Assembly (NCBI GenBank): GCA_963755715.1
Contig: CAVWLW010000013.1
Span: 1-64,000 of the forward strand
Reading direction: 5' to 3'
DNA from: an uncultured delta proteobacterium
Lineage (GTDB): Bacteria > Desulfobacterota > Binatia > UBA9968
DNA length: 64,000 nucleotides
Made by a program: the position numbers and the translations under genes. The stretch's first letter is position 1. Each line of letters starts with the position of its first letter. This document shows, piece by piece, positions 10,852 through 20,800 of the stretch. Below the pieces are notes generated by a model that saw only the letters and a program-made list of their open reading frames with translations, searched no databases and was not told the origin of the DNA.

Positions 10852-11915
10852 CTATTCCTTCAACATCTTGCCGAATTCGTCCTGCAATTTGGGCCCGTCT
10901 CCGGTGAGATAGAAGTTGAGAGTTGTTTGGAATCCAGAAGCTTGATCCCGTTCTCACGCAGGTATTTTGCCGTTCTTGTCCCCTCCACCAGATGGGATGA
11001 CCGCGAATCATGTTTCTGCAATAGCTCCTGGGCTTCTTTGGACAACATAAAAGCGACAAATAACGTGGCAAGATTTGGATGGGCGGAATTTTTAGGCACA
11101 CCGAGCATGAAATAGTAAGTCAGAGCCGGTGTGGATGCGAGGACCGCCGCAAACGGTGCGCCTTGGGTCTGCCAGTGCCACATTCTTTCCAGCGCCCCGC
11201 TCATATTCGCCATGACCGGGAACTCGCCGCTGATAACACGTTCCTCTTCGTTATACCTGAGTCGTCCGCCAGCGAGCGGAAGCAGTTTGCGGGTGAAATC
11301 TTGGACCTTCTCTTTGCCCCAGACCAGGGTCAGCTCACTTAACCAATCGGGATAGGGCGGTATGGCCAATTTTCCTTCCCATGTGCGGCTGCGACGAGGA
11401 TCTATCAGTTCCTCATAACTACGCGGCGCTTTATCCGCGGCGATGACATTGGTGTTGTAGACGATGCCTTGAGGCGAGGTATAAACCAAGACGCCTTCAT
11501 TGATGAGAAGCTCCATGTCCTTGGTGATCCATGGAAATGTTCCGGACCAATTGATCTTTTCCAAAGCATTTTGTTGGTGCAGATCGGCGAAGTGGGATAC
11601 CGAGCCGAGGTAGAAGTCGGTGGAAGATGGCCGGCCGGCTTTGAGCTCCGTCAATACTCGCGCGGCTACCGCGGGCATGGTCGGCCCCGCTGTCAATTGA
11701 ACCCGCGCCTTGAGACCGAATTTTTTGTTAAAGGCGGCTTCCAGCTCTGCAACTCCTTTTTTGTTCCCGAAAGTTGCGGCGCCCGCTACGAAGCCGATGT
11801 CGCCCTCTTTTTTGGCGCCGGCAATCAGCTGATCGATGCTCGCCGCCTGGAGCCGATACGCGGCCGCTAAATCCAACGATAGAAGGAGCAATAACTTGAG
11901 ACAAACTTTTTTCAT
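10852..11915 (-). CDS. Extracellular solute-binding protein (SBP_bac_6/8-like), probable C-terminal frameshift
   Basis: Signal peptide; AGAKKEG; IVYNTNVIAADKAPRSYEELIDP; VPKNSAHPNLATLFVAFMLSKEAQ. The shifted frame gives a plausible end NFYLTGDGPKLQDEFGKMLKE*. Confidence 0.82.
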
Positions 11916-11989
11916 TCGCGGTATCCTCGGTTATTAAGGGGGAGAAATTTATCGAGTCGCTGTTTTTGCCGCTCTCAAGGGATTGATAC

Positions 11990-13166
11990 TTACTCTTTCA
12001 GGCCCGTGGTTGCCATGAGTTGTTCCGACCGGTTCCACTTTTTTAGCGCTTTGCCTTCCGCCAGCGCTCTTAAGTTCTCTTTGCCAGATTTTGCGTAGCA
12101 GAATGACGGCAATATCCGAGCGACCGAGCCGTTCATTGCCGCGGTCCGCAATCGCGCCTTGGCCGCCTTGACCGACATGGTCCTGGATATTGACGAGGTC
12201 GGGGCGATCTTCAATATCCTGAATACGCAGCTTGCCCGCAAGAACGGCCGCCGCTACCTCGTGCGCCGAAGCAAGACCGGAGAGACGCGCCAAGCGGCGC
12301 TCCTGTTGCTCGCGATAGCGTTGCGCGGCTTCGCCTTTTACGTGCACCAGCGCAGCATTGAAGCTTTGATGGCTCACATCGTCAATGGGGACGCGCCAGG
12401 CGAAGGCATCTCGCCAGCCGCCCTCGGCGCTATTGGGAGATCCCTTGATATAAAGAATGTTCGGCATGAGCTGATGGGTCACGCGAACGACGCCATCAGA
12501 CCGAGTCCCGTACTGCACCAAACCGTACTCCGTCTCCTCAGCGGTGATCTCCGGAAGCCGCTGATTAAGCCCGTAACTGGTGAAACCGGATTTGGCATGA
12601 GTGAAGGCCACATGGACTTCATCGATGCCGTTGTCGAGGCTGTTGAAATAGTTACAGTGCCGGACGTAGGAGTTCGCCTCGAGGACTCCCTCTACTTCCA
12701 ATTCCGGGTATCGGGGCAAGGGCGGAGCCGTGCCCTCGCCAAGATAGACGAAGATAAGGCCCAAGTATTCCTCGGTGGGATAGCTGCGAATTTTGACTTT
12801 GCTCGCGAAGGGAGCGCTTTCCGCCGGTTGTTCGACGCACTGTCCTGTGCCGTCGTATTTCCAGCCGTGATAAAAACACCGGATGCACTCGCCCTCAACC
12901 CAACCTGTCGAGAGCTGCGTCCCGCGATGGGCGCAGCGAAATCCCACGGCATAGGGCTTTCCGCTTTCGCCGCGATAAAGGGTAAAATCCTCGCTCATGA
13001 TTTTTACGGGCACTGGATAGGCGGGCTTGAGATCCCGAGCCACATGGACTGGATGCCAGAACAGGCGCATATATTTTCCTGCGGCAGTCCCCGGACCGGT
13101 ATGAACAAAGTCTATGGGATCATCGTTGATTTGACCGTCATTGCCGTTAGTTGCGCTGGAAATCAT
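11990..13166 (-). CDS. Rieske non-heme iron oxygenase alpha subunit (phthalate 4,5-dioxygenase / LigXa-like), frameshift near 12070
   Basis: HTGPGTAAGKYMRLFWHPV. Rieske CAHRG...CFYHGW. Mononuclear Fe DNGIDEVHVAFTH. QDHVGQGGQGAIADR.NERLGRSDIAVILLR. Confidence 0.9.
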
Positions 13167-13245
13167 AGGATTCTCCATCCAAGCAAGTGATAATTTTTCA
13201 TCTGCGCTTTTTTTCGAGATCTCATGCCACTTGAAAGAGGACGCC

Positions 13246-13656
13246 CTAAGTCGGTGCAAATGCGGATTTTGCCGCTTGCGCACAGATGACCTCGATGTCG
13301 CCGCCACCGCGTCCGCTCACTCCGACTGCGCCGATAACTTCGCCGTTGTTTATGAGCGGAACGCCACCCCGCGCCAGTGTGAATGGTCCGGGATCTTTCG
13401 TCATGACGCTTTGCCAGGCAAGTGGATTCTCTTTGGCGCGCTCCATGAGTTCCTCGGTCTCCCTGGCCGTAACCGCCGCCGTGTAAGCTTTGCCGATCGC
13501 CGCCCGAACATTAATCGGCGTAGCGCCATCCGATCTTTCGAACGCAACTAGATTTCCTGAGGTGTCAACTATCGCGACAGCGATCGGTTTTCCCGCTGCC
13601 ATCCTGTGCGCCTCAGAAATCATACTGCGCGCGCTATCAAGGCTAAGTCCCGTCAT
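13246..13656 (-). CDS. GlcG/HbpS-family heme-binding protein
   Basis: IAVAIVDTSGNLVAFERSDG, AIGKAYTA, GGVPLINNGEVIGAVGVSG. Confidence 0.9.
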   Translation of the reverse strand: MTGLSLDSARSMISEAHRMAAGKPIAVAIVDTSGNLVAFERSDGATPINVRAAIGKAYTAAVTARETEELMERAKENPLAWQSVMTKDPGPFTLARGGVPLINNGEVIGAVGVSGRGGGDIEVICAQAAKSAFAPT

Positions 13657-13706
13657 GCAACCTCCTGAAGCGAAAACTCTGAGCTGTACGAAAAGACTGT
13701 TGCCGG

Positions 13707-14615
13707 CTAGGTGTAATTAGAAATAAAGGCGCCCTTCTCGCAACGATCCCAATAGAATATACCCATCCACATTTCGTCGGCGGTCCAAGTGATGGGGCTC
13801 ATCCGCGGATCCGCCCAGTAGCCGCCGGTAAACACCTCGTTGCGATTTCCCGAGGAGTCGAAAAAATAAATGGTATGGCCGCGAGTGATTCCGTGCCGTG
13901 TCGGCCCGGTGTCGATTTGAACGCCGGCCCGAGCCAGGACATCCGCGCTGCGTCCAATGGCTTCCCAACTGTCCAACCAAAAGGCAAAGTGGTGTAAGCC
14001 TCCGGGCCTCCCCGGGATAAATGCCAGGTCGTGGGGCGTCCGTGTGCGTTCTAACCAAATCGCCAATGGCGTCCCCTCCGGGGTCACGACCTGCTCGGTC
14101 AAACGAAAGCCCATCACCTCTTGCCAAAAATGGAGCGACGCCGGCGTATCCGGTGTCGTTAGCAGCGTATGGTCCATGCGCGGCGGGTGGATTCCGAGCA
14201 GGCCATCCGGATAAGGCGGGGGATTCGTGGTGGGAAGGCCATTGCCGACGATCGTCATATCGTAATAGAGTTCGACTCGATGCTCGCTCGGCGCTGTGAA
14301 CCGGATTGCTTCCCCTAACTCATATTTGTCCGCCCCGCCGACACGCTCTACTCGGCATCCATTGCGCTCCAGTTTGTTTTCGAAGAAAGGCAAGTCATCT
14401 AAACTCTCGAGCCGAAATGCCATGTGGTTGAGTCCTGGGGATGGATCTTCAACCAAAACGAGTTGATGATGTTCCCACTCATCCCAAGCTTTGAGATAAA
14501 TCTTGCCCGCGGCGCGGGCGGTTTCCTTGAGTCCTAATACCTGCGTGTAGTATTGAGCTGCTTTGTTTATTTCTTTGACGCGAATCTCCAAGTAGCCCAA
14601 GCGTAGAATCCCCAT
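13707..14615 (-). CDS. xylE: Catechol 2,3-dioxygenase (type I extradiol dioxygenase)
   Basis: MGILRLGYLEIRV, YLKAWDEWEHH, PPRMDHTLL, PHDLAF, LHHFAFWLDSWE, GPTRHGITRGHTIYFFDSSGNRNEVF. Confidence 0.93.
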   Translation of the reverse strand: MGILRLGYLEIRVKEINKAAQYYTQVLGLKETARAAGKIYLKAWDEWEHHQLVLVEDPSPGLNHMAFRLESLDDLPFFENKLERNGCRVERVGGADKYELGEAIRFTAPSEHRVELYYDMTIVGNGLPTTNPPPYPDGLLGIHPPRMDHTLLTTPDTPASLHFWQEVMGFRLTEQVVTPEGTPLAIWLERTRTPHDLAFIPGRPGGLHHFAFWLDSWEAIGRSADVLARAGVQIDTGPTRHGITRGHTIYFFDSSGNRNEVFTGGYWADPRMSPITWTADEMWMGIFYWDRCEKGAFISNYT

Positions 14616-14693
14616 CGATTTTCCCTCCAGCTGAATCTTCGACATGCAGCGAATCGAACAAAAAATACGAAACGATGGTGGTTCAGATAGCCC

Positions 14694-14765
14694 AAGATCT
14701 CTCACTTCGTTCGAGATGACGGATCAGTTACTTTGTTGTCATTCCGAGCGGACGCGAGGAATCTT
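14694..14765. repeat. REP-like palindromic repeat (GTCATT..GAG..GAATCT / AGAT..CTTCG..ATGAC family)
   Basis: aagatctctcacttcgttcgagatgac ... gtcattccgagcggacgcgaggaatctt. Related copies at 27579 and 51959. Confidence 0.7.
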
Positions 14766-15116
14766 GCTGTGTTAATATTTACTGCGAACTACTAACTAAG
14801 CCACTACCGCGGGGCGTCGCATGTTGTCCGATGCATACTATAACGAATATGTCGGATCAAGGAAGCTGTCCGAAGAAGGCTTTCAATACTCAAACTGACC
14901 TTCGAATTTGACTCCTCATGCAGCGGAGTTGATAGGAGCGCCCGTCAAGAGCGCTTAATGTCGTTAACCCACTGGTGCTGCTTTGCTTAGTCTACCTGCA
15001 AGACATGTAGAGTGGCGCAGATTTTTATCGGGCTTCCTGCGTCGGCTCCGAAGCTTACAATTTTGACTCGATCTGATATTTCTCTGACATTCAATCTGGT
15101 TAGTCAAGGAGCGGAC

Positions 15117-15539
15117 ATGGCAAATCCAAAACAAATCGTGCAGCCTGCAGACTTACCCGTTCGCAAATCTCACTCGCAGGTCGTCGCCGTCACCGGCGGG
15201 ACGCTGGTATTCATAGCTGGCATGACATCGCGGAGCGAGAAAGACGCCACGCCGGTTCATCCGGGCGACATGCGGGCGCAGTTGCGCCAGGTGTGCGAAA
15301 ACATCGGCCGCGCGTTGCGTTCCGTGGGCGGCGATTATTCAGACGTGGTCAAGACGACGACTTTTACCACCGACGTCGACGAATACCATCGCGTGAGAGA
15401 CGAACGTTATAAGTATTTTACCAGCGACTTTCCTACCAGCGCATTGATCGGAGTAAAGCGGCTTGCCGACCCGGCCCTGATGGTAGAGATCGAGTGCATG
15501 GCGGTGATACCCACGGAACGGTTCAAACCAGCCAGCTAA
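15117..15539 (+). CDS. RidA/YjgF/UK114 family protein
   Basis: HSQVVAVTGGTLVFIAG, QLRQVCENIGRAL..VGGDYSDVVKTT, FPTSALIGVKRLADPALMVEIE. Lacks the PAR Arg of true RidA. Confidence 0.88.
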   Translation: MANPKQIVQPADLPVRKSHSQVVAVTGGTLVFIAGMTSRSEKDATPVHPGDMRAQLRQVCENIGRALRSVGGDYSDVVKTTTFTTDVDEYHRVRDERYKYFTSDFPTSALIGVKRLADPALMVEIECMAVIPTERFKPAS

Positions 15540-15599
15540 CATGGAGAGATCGTTAGTAGGGCGGCACTTGCTGGCGCGGAAAAACAAGATGGATTAATG

Positions 15600-16574
15600 C
15601 TAAGGAGCTTTGCCAATTCCCAAGTCGCGCTGGGCTTCCTTTAGAATCGAGAGGTCAATCACCGTTTCCGCCACGATGTCGGCCGGAAGTTTTAGCTCTT
15701 CCCTGGTGGCTGCTAGGAGATTTTTTAACCCGTTGTCCGTGGGTATGCCGTTGCGGCCGAAGATCTTCACTCCCAGGTCATAGGCCGCCGCGGCGCTGGC
15801 AGCGGGCATTTTGAACGATTGGGTCAATAACGCTTTGGCTCCCTCGCGATCGTCATTGACGAAACGGAGCGCATGGAGCAGGGCGCGCAAGACCCGCCGT
15901 GCTTCATCGCGCTTCTCCCTGATCCTTTTTTCTGTCGTGCCCAATCCTCCCATGGGCATGTCGACGATATCCCCGGCGTAGACCAACACGTTGAGTCCCT
16001 GCTCTTTAGATCGCACGGCAAAATCGGGCGGCAGGAGGGTCCCATGGATGGCCCGGCCGACCAATGCGGAAAAACGTATGGAGTCCGGTCCAAGCGCGCG
16101 GATGGCGACATCCTTGGGAACGTTCAGACCGTAAAATTCCAGCAGCTGTCTGGTGATGTAATGGGCAGCGCCGCCAAATGATGAAACGGCAACCGTGCGT
16201 CCCTGAAGCTCTTTGGCTTGCTTGATCTCCGGCAAAGTGACGAGGTAATAGATCGGTTTCGCCACGTAGTTGAAAAGGCTCTTGACGCCGCCGCCGCGCG
16301 CGGCGGTGGCGATGATCCGCGAGTTATGCGTGATGTAATCCACGTCGCCGGAAAGCAGGGCGGCGACGGCCGGCGAGCCGGCGATCTGAACCAGCTCCAC
16401 GTTAAGTCCTTCGGCGCGAAAGAAGCCCCGTTTGCTGGCGGCGAACAATGGCAGTTCTTGAAAAGCGACGGATGGAAAGCCAATCCGAATGGCCCGCTCT
16501 TGGGCCGCGCCGTTGTCTGCAAGCAAGACGGCGACAAGAAGATATAGAGGAAATGCAACGAGCGTTGCTTTCAT
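15600..16574 (-). CDS. NMT1/SsuA-like ABC substrate-binding protein
   Basis: Signal peptide; LPLFAASKRGFFRAEGLNVELV; LQGRTVAVSSFGG. Confidence 0.88.
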   Translation of the reverse strand: MKATLVAFPLYLLVAVLLADNGAAQERAIRIGFPSVAFQELPLFAASKRGFFRAEGLNVELVQIAGSPAVAALLSGDVDYITHNSRIIATAARGGGVKSLFNYVAKPIYYLVTLPEIKQAKELQGRTVAVSSFGGAAHYITRQLLEFYGLNVPKDVAIRALGPDSIRFSALVGRAIHGTLLPPDFAVRSKEQGLNVLVYAGDIVDMPMGGLGTTEKRIREKRDEARRVLRALLHALRFVNDDREGAKALLTQSFKMPAASAAAAYDLGVKIFGRNGIPTDNGLKNLLAATREELKLPADIVAETVIDLSILKEAQRDLGIGKAP

Positions 16575-16679
16575 GGAAATTGGGCTAGTCTGCTCTGTTT
16601 GTGTCCACGATCGACAATCGATGCTGAAAATGCGAACCCCGCACTACCTACTTCGCGCGACACACTATCCATTGATGGA

Positions 16680-18218
16680 TTACACGATCTTCATATCCCA
16701 ACCGAGCACTTTTTCGTCGGGTCTCATTTTCCAGGAGAGATTTTTTGCCGCGCCGTAGATGGACGCGAGATTGTAGAGCGGCACGAACGGAATGTCTTCC
16801 ATAAGGATTTTTCCTGCCTGCTGCAATAGGGCGAGGCGTTTCTTGGGGTCGGCGATCATTTGCTCTTCATCGATGAGTTTGTCGAACGCGGGATTGCTGT
16901 AATTGCAGCGCTTGGTCGTGCCGCTGCGAAAATACTGATCGTAGAACGTATCTGCGTCGGTCAATGAGCCGCGATTGTTGTAGTAGAAGGGCAGCTTGCC
17001 GCCGTTCACGCCTTCCGGCCCCCAGAACAGCGCCCATTCCTGCGAGATGAGTTCCACTCTAAATCCGCCTTTGACCATCTGGGCCGCGACGGCCTGGCAG
17101 ACTTCGCGGTCTTTAGGATACCGGCCAGCGGAATAATAGAGCGGCACATCGCAGCCGTTGGGATAGCCCGCCTGCGCCAAGAGTTGTTTTGCCTTCTGCG
17201 GATCGTACGGATAGCGTTTCAGTTTGGGATCGGCGCCGATGACGCGCGGTCCGACCGGACCATCGACGGTATAGCCGATGCCATCGAAAATATTTTTGAC
17301 GATCGCCGGAGCATCGACAGAGTAATTGATCGCCTGGCGCACGAGCTTGTTGTCGAAAGGCTTGTAGGCGACGTTCATCATCAGAAAATACATCTCCAAG
17401 CCTTCGATCCGGTCGACGCGGATGCGCGGATGACGCTGCAAACGCTCCACTTCATGAACCGGGATGGCGTTGATGAAGTCCGCTTGACCCGACTCCAACG
17501 CCGCCAGGCGCGCGGCATCTTCGGTGACTTTGCGAAAGACGATTTCTTTGATCGCCGCTTTGCCGCCCCAGTAGTCGTCGTTGCGAGTGAAAACCATGTT
17601 GCCGCCGCGCTGAAAACTGACGAACTTATAGGGACCGGTGCCGACGAGATTCTGATATAGCTGATCGCCGAACTTATCGCCGGCCACTTTGCTGACCAGG
17701 TAACGGTTGCGCAGTCGATCGAGGAAAATTGCCAGAGGTTGTTTGGTGACGAAGATCACGGTCTGATCGTCCGGCGTTTGGATTTCAGTCACGTCGCTGA
17801 AGTTCGACGCTTGCAAGCTGCCGCCTTTTTCATCGCGCATCTTTTCGACCGAGAACACGACGTCTCTCGAAGTCAGCGGCGCGCCGTTGTGAAATCTGAC
17901 GCCCTTCCGCAGTTTGAACACCCAGCGCTTCCCTTGAAACTCCCACGACTCGGCGAGTACCCCGACCCAAGCTTTCTTGGCGTAGTCCAATTCTACCAAT
18001 GGCTCGATCACATGCTGCCAATTGCCGTAGATCGAGCCGGAACTTTGTTGATAGGGATTGATCGAGTCCGCCTGAGTGTTTTGGTAGACGGTGACGCGGT
18101 CGCGAGTGGCCGCGAACGCATTGCTGTGAATGTAAGGCGCCGCCAATGCTCCGACGCCGAGCGCGGCGCTCTTCTTGAAAAAATCTCTGCGGCTGATTTC
18201 GATACTTTTCCTGGACAT
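16680..18218 (-). CDS. Family 5 (DppA/OppA/NikA-like) ABC substrate-binding protein with Tat signal
   Basis: ISRRDFFK twin-Arg; LAESWE; FKLRKGVRFHNGAPLTSRDVVFS; VGTGPYKFV; PFDNKLVRQAINYSVD. Confidence 0.92.
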   Translation of the reverse strand: MSRKSIEISRRDFFKKSAALGVGALAAPYIHSNAFAATRDRVTVYQNTQADSINPYQQSSGSIYGNWQHVIEPLVELDYAKKAWVGVLAESWEFQGKRWVFKLRKGVRFHNGAPLTSRDVVFSVEKMRDEKGGSLQASNFSDVTEIQTPDDQTVIFVTKQPLAIFLDRLRNRYLVSKVAGDKFGDQLYQNLVGTGPYKFVSFQRGGNMVFTRNDDYWGGKAAIKEIVFRKVTEDAARLAALESGQADFINAIPVHEVERLQRHPRIRVDRIEGLEMYFLMMNVAYKPFDNKLVRQAINYSVDAPAIVKNIFDGIGYTVDGPVGPRVIGADPKLKRYPYDPQKAKQLLAQAGYPNGCDVPLYYSAGRYPKDREVCQAVAAQMVKGGFRVELISQEWALFWGPEGVNGGKLPFYYNNRGSLTDADTFYDQYFRSGTTKRCNYSNPAFDKLIDEEQMIADPKKRLALLQQAGKILMEDIPFVPLYNLASIYGAAKNLSWKMRPDEKVLGWDMKIV

Positions 18219-18291
18219 TTCCTACTCCTTCAGAGCTGACAATCAATGTTCGCGGTAAAACTGCTTAACGGATGGGAACCAAACGATTTAG

Positions 18292-18307
18292 AGCAAATAC
18301 AGTGCCT
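18292..18307 (-). promoter_or_regulatory. Sigma-54 (-24/-12) promoter candidate for the family-5 SBP gene
   Basis: The minus strand reads AGGCAC-TGTAT-TTGCT, matching GGCAC-N5-TTGCW, about 75 nt before the start. An imperfect palindrome cgttgca-aaaa-tgcagcg lies further upstream at about 18356-18373. Confidence 0.55.
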
Positions 18308-18458
18308 CCTCGGTTGTTTTCCGATCGGCTCAGAATTCGAAGTATGGATGCGTTGCGTTGCAAAAATGCAGCGGTTGCCTATCTGCTGCCCAAATCGTAA
18401 GCAGACGTTGCCGGTGATCTGTGCACTGGAACGTTAGTGGCGAAATATTTTGACACCA

Positions 18459-19871
18459 CTAGCTACCCGCTAGCGCGGGCCGTCGCGTATGCCAATCCGT
18501 CGCACTTTGATAGGCTGCCGCAGTATTCAAAACGGTTTGGTCGCCGAACCAGGCGCCGATCAACTGCATTCCGATCGGCATAGTTTCCGAACTGATGCCG
18601 CAGGGAAGGGAGCAGCCTGGCAAACCGAGCATGCTGGGGAAGCGCAGCAGATTGGAATGATTGTAGCTCGCGTGGCGGGTGTCGTCGCCATTGCCTTTTA
18701 CGCCGTCGACGAGGAGCGGCGCGACTCTGGCGGTAGTCGGCGATGCGATGATGTCGACTTTCTCATACGCGGCGCGCACGGCTTCGCGAATCCGGTGGCG
18801 CGCGCGCTGGGCGGTGAGATATTCGGACGCGGTGATTGTCATACCCACAGCGATGCCCCGGCTTACGTGCGGCACGTAGTCCTGGTGCCGTTCGCGAAAC
18901 CAGCGGCGGTTGATGCCGGCGCTCTCGGCCGAACTGGTCAGCATGGAAGTCATCGCGGCATACTTTAACTCGGGAACGTCGATATCGACGATTTCGCAAC
19001 CCGCGCCGGTGAAAACTTTGAGCGCTGACTCGAAAGCTTGCTTAACGGCAGGATTCACGCCTTCCAAAAAAGGCCGCAGCACCCCGAGTTTCAATCCTTT
19101 GATGTTAGCGTCGAGCCGAGCTGCATAAGCCGGGTTTTCTTGATGCACGCTCGCCGGGTCGCGTGGGTCGTGTCCAGCGACTGGGTCCAAACCCAATGTG
19201 ATGTCTTGCACTGATCTCGCAAACAGCCCCACGTGATCTTGACTCCAGGCGCCGCGAAACGATCCGTGTCTGCTAATGATGCCGAACGTCGGCTTGAAGC
19301 CGGTGATCCCACAATAGGATGCCGGCCGGCGCACCGACGATCCCGTCTCGGTGCCGTAGGAAAGCGGCCCGATGCAAGCAGCCACCGCGGCAGCGGAGCC
19401 GCCGCTCGATCCGCCGGCGATGCGATCTACATTCCACGGATTGTGGACCGGACCGAAGTGGGAAAGCGTCGACGTGCCGCCGTGGCCGAACTCGTCGAGA
19501 TTCGTTTTGCCGATGATGATCGCACCGGCTGCGCGCAGGCGTTCGACTAAATGTGAATCCGTCGTCGGCACCCAGTCCGCCAGGATCTTCGATCCCCCGG
19601 TGGTCAGCACGCCGGCGGTCTCGAACATGTCTTTGATCGTCACCGGCACGCCGTGCAGCGGGCCGCGAGGTCGGCCGCGAGCGATTTCTTCGTCGGCTCT
19701 TTTTGCTTCGGCGATTGCTGGCTCGGCAAGAACAGTGATAAAGGCATTTAGCTTCGCTTGCATCCGTTCCAGACGGGCGAGCGCGGCGTTTACGACCTCC
19801 GATGATGATAACTCGCGGGACGCGATGCGCCAGGAAAGGTCAGCCAAATAAAATTCATTGATATCCGCCAT
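18459..19871 (-). CDS. Amidase signature family protein (GatA/AtzE-like)
   Basis: GPLHGVPVTIKDMF (catalytic Lys), IIGKTNLDEFG, NPWNVDRIAGGSSGGSAAAVAA, GTETGSSVRRPASYCG. Confidence 0.93.
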   Translation of the reverse strand: MADINEFYLADLSWRIASRELSSSEVVNAALARLERMQAKLNAFITVLAEPAIAEAKRADEEIARGRPRGPLHGVPVTIKDMFETAGVLTTGGSKILADWVPTTDSHLVERLRAAGAIIIGKTNLDEFGHGGTSTLSHFGPVHNPWNVDRIAGGSSGGSAAAVAACIGPLSYGTETGSSVRRPASYCGITGFKPTFGIISRHGSFRGAWSQDHVGLFARSVQDITLGLDPVAGHDPRDPASVHQENPAYAARLDANIKGLKLGVLRPFLEGVNPAVKQAFESALKVFTGAGCEIVDIDVPELKYAAMTSMLTSSAESAGINRRWFRERHQDYVPHVSRGIAVGMTITASEYLTAQRARHRIREAVRAAYEKVDIIASPTTARVAPLLVDGVKGNGDDTRHASYNHSNLLRFPSMLGLPGCSLPCGISSETMPIGMQLIGAWFGDQTVLNTAAAYQSATDWHTRRPALAGS

Positions 19872-19873
19872 GA

Positions 19874-20062
19874 TCAGACTTTTTTGCCTGTAGGTTGCAT
19901 TTGCTGCGCAACCCAAGGGGTGTCTTGACCGAACGTTTCGAGTTCAGCCACCACGCGGTCAAGATCCTCGAGCTCGCTGACGATCGCTTCCAGATCCGTT
20001 GGCGAGAGATTCACTCCCTGCAGCAGCGCCAGTCGATGAGCGATTTTCTCTCTGTCGTTCAT
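19874..20062 (-). CDS. Small acidic helical protein, GatC/AtzG-like amidase partner
   Basis: 62 aa (MNDREKIAHRLALLQGVNLSPTDLEAIVSELEDLDRVVAELE..) ending 2 nt before the amidase start. Confidence 0.6.
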   Translation of the reverse strand: MNDREKIAHRLALLQGVNLSPTDLEAIVSELEDLDRVVAELETFGQDTPWVAQQMQPTGKKV

Positions 20063-20161
20063 AAAGGTTCCTTTAAGCCGTTCGCATGCCGACGATTGAC
20101 TGCGACGCTGCGACAATTCTTAATACTGAAAGGTGAGCGATACAAGGGATCCGAGGAACGT

Positions 20162-20241
20162 CCGTCATTCCCGCATGCTTGAAGCGGGAATCTAGGCGAG
20201 TTCGGAGCTGGACTCCCGATAAAAGCATTCTGGGGTGACGG
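20162..20241. repeat. Palindromic GTCATTCCCGC...GCGGGAATC-type repeat
   Basis: ccgtcattcccgcatgcttgaagcgggaatctagg...ctggactcccg...ggggtgacgg. A half copy, ctggattccggcattcgccggaataacg, is at 21981-22008. Confidence 0.7.
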
Positions 20242-20424
20242 TTTTGAAAAAATATCAATTGATTGGAGGCCGTTCAAAAATTTTGTTGTGCCTTCCATTC
20301 TCGCGGCTGTTTGACAGGATGGCAATCTGTCGAATAGTTTAGTTTGCAGACTATTGGAGCGTGTCATAGCTCTCTAAATTTTCGTGCGCCTCGCCGTGTT
20401 GAGAGGAAAGTTTTCAAGCAAACA

Positions 20425-20769
20425 ATGCCGCTCTTCGAGTTTCAATGTAAAGAGTGCCAAGCTGTTACCGAGGTCCTTTGCCGGGACGGCGAGCCGACGA
20501 AGCAACAGGTGATTTGCGGTCGGTGTGGCAGCGGCGCGACCACCAAAGTGATTTCACCGGTGAGCTTCAAAGTGGCGAAACCGACGAAATACAGCGAGGA
20601 TTTTTTGCACACGGCGCGGCCATTTTTACGCAGGCAGAAAGAAACGGCGGAGTATTTCGCCGAGGGAAAGGGCTCGGAAGATTCCAGGACGTTTGAACTC
20701 GCGGAGCGGATCGGCGAGCGTATCGATCGAACGCTTGCGACTCGGGTGCCGTCGCGCAAATCGAAGTAA
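20425..20769 (+). CDS. FmdB-family zinc-ribbon protein
   Basis: MPLFEFQCKEC...VICGRCGS.ATTKVIS with two CxxC pairs. Confidence 0.85.
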   Translation: MPLFEFQCKECQAVTEVLCRDGEPTKQQVICGRCGSGATTKVISPVSFKVAKPTKYSEDFLHTARPFLRRQKETAEYFAEGKGSEDSRTFELAERIGERIDRTLATRVPSRKSK

Positions 20770-20800
20770 TTCGACTCGATATTCAAACGGAGGCAAAACA

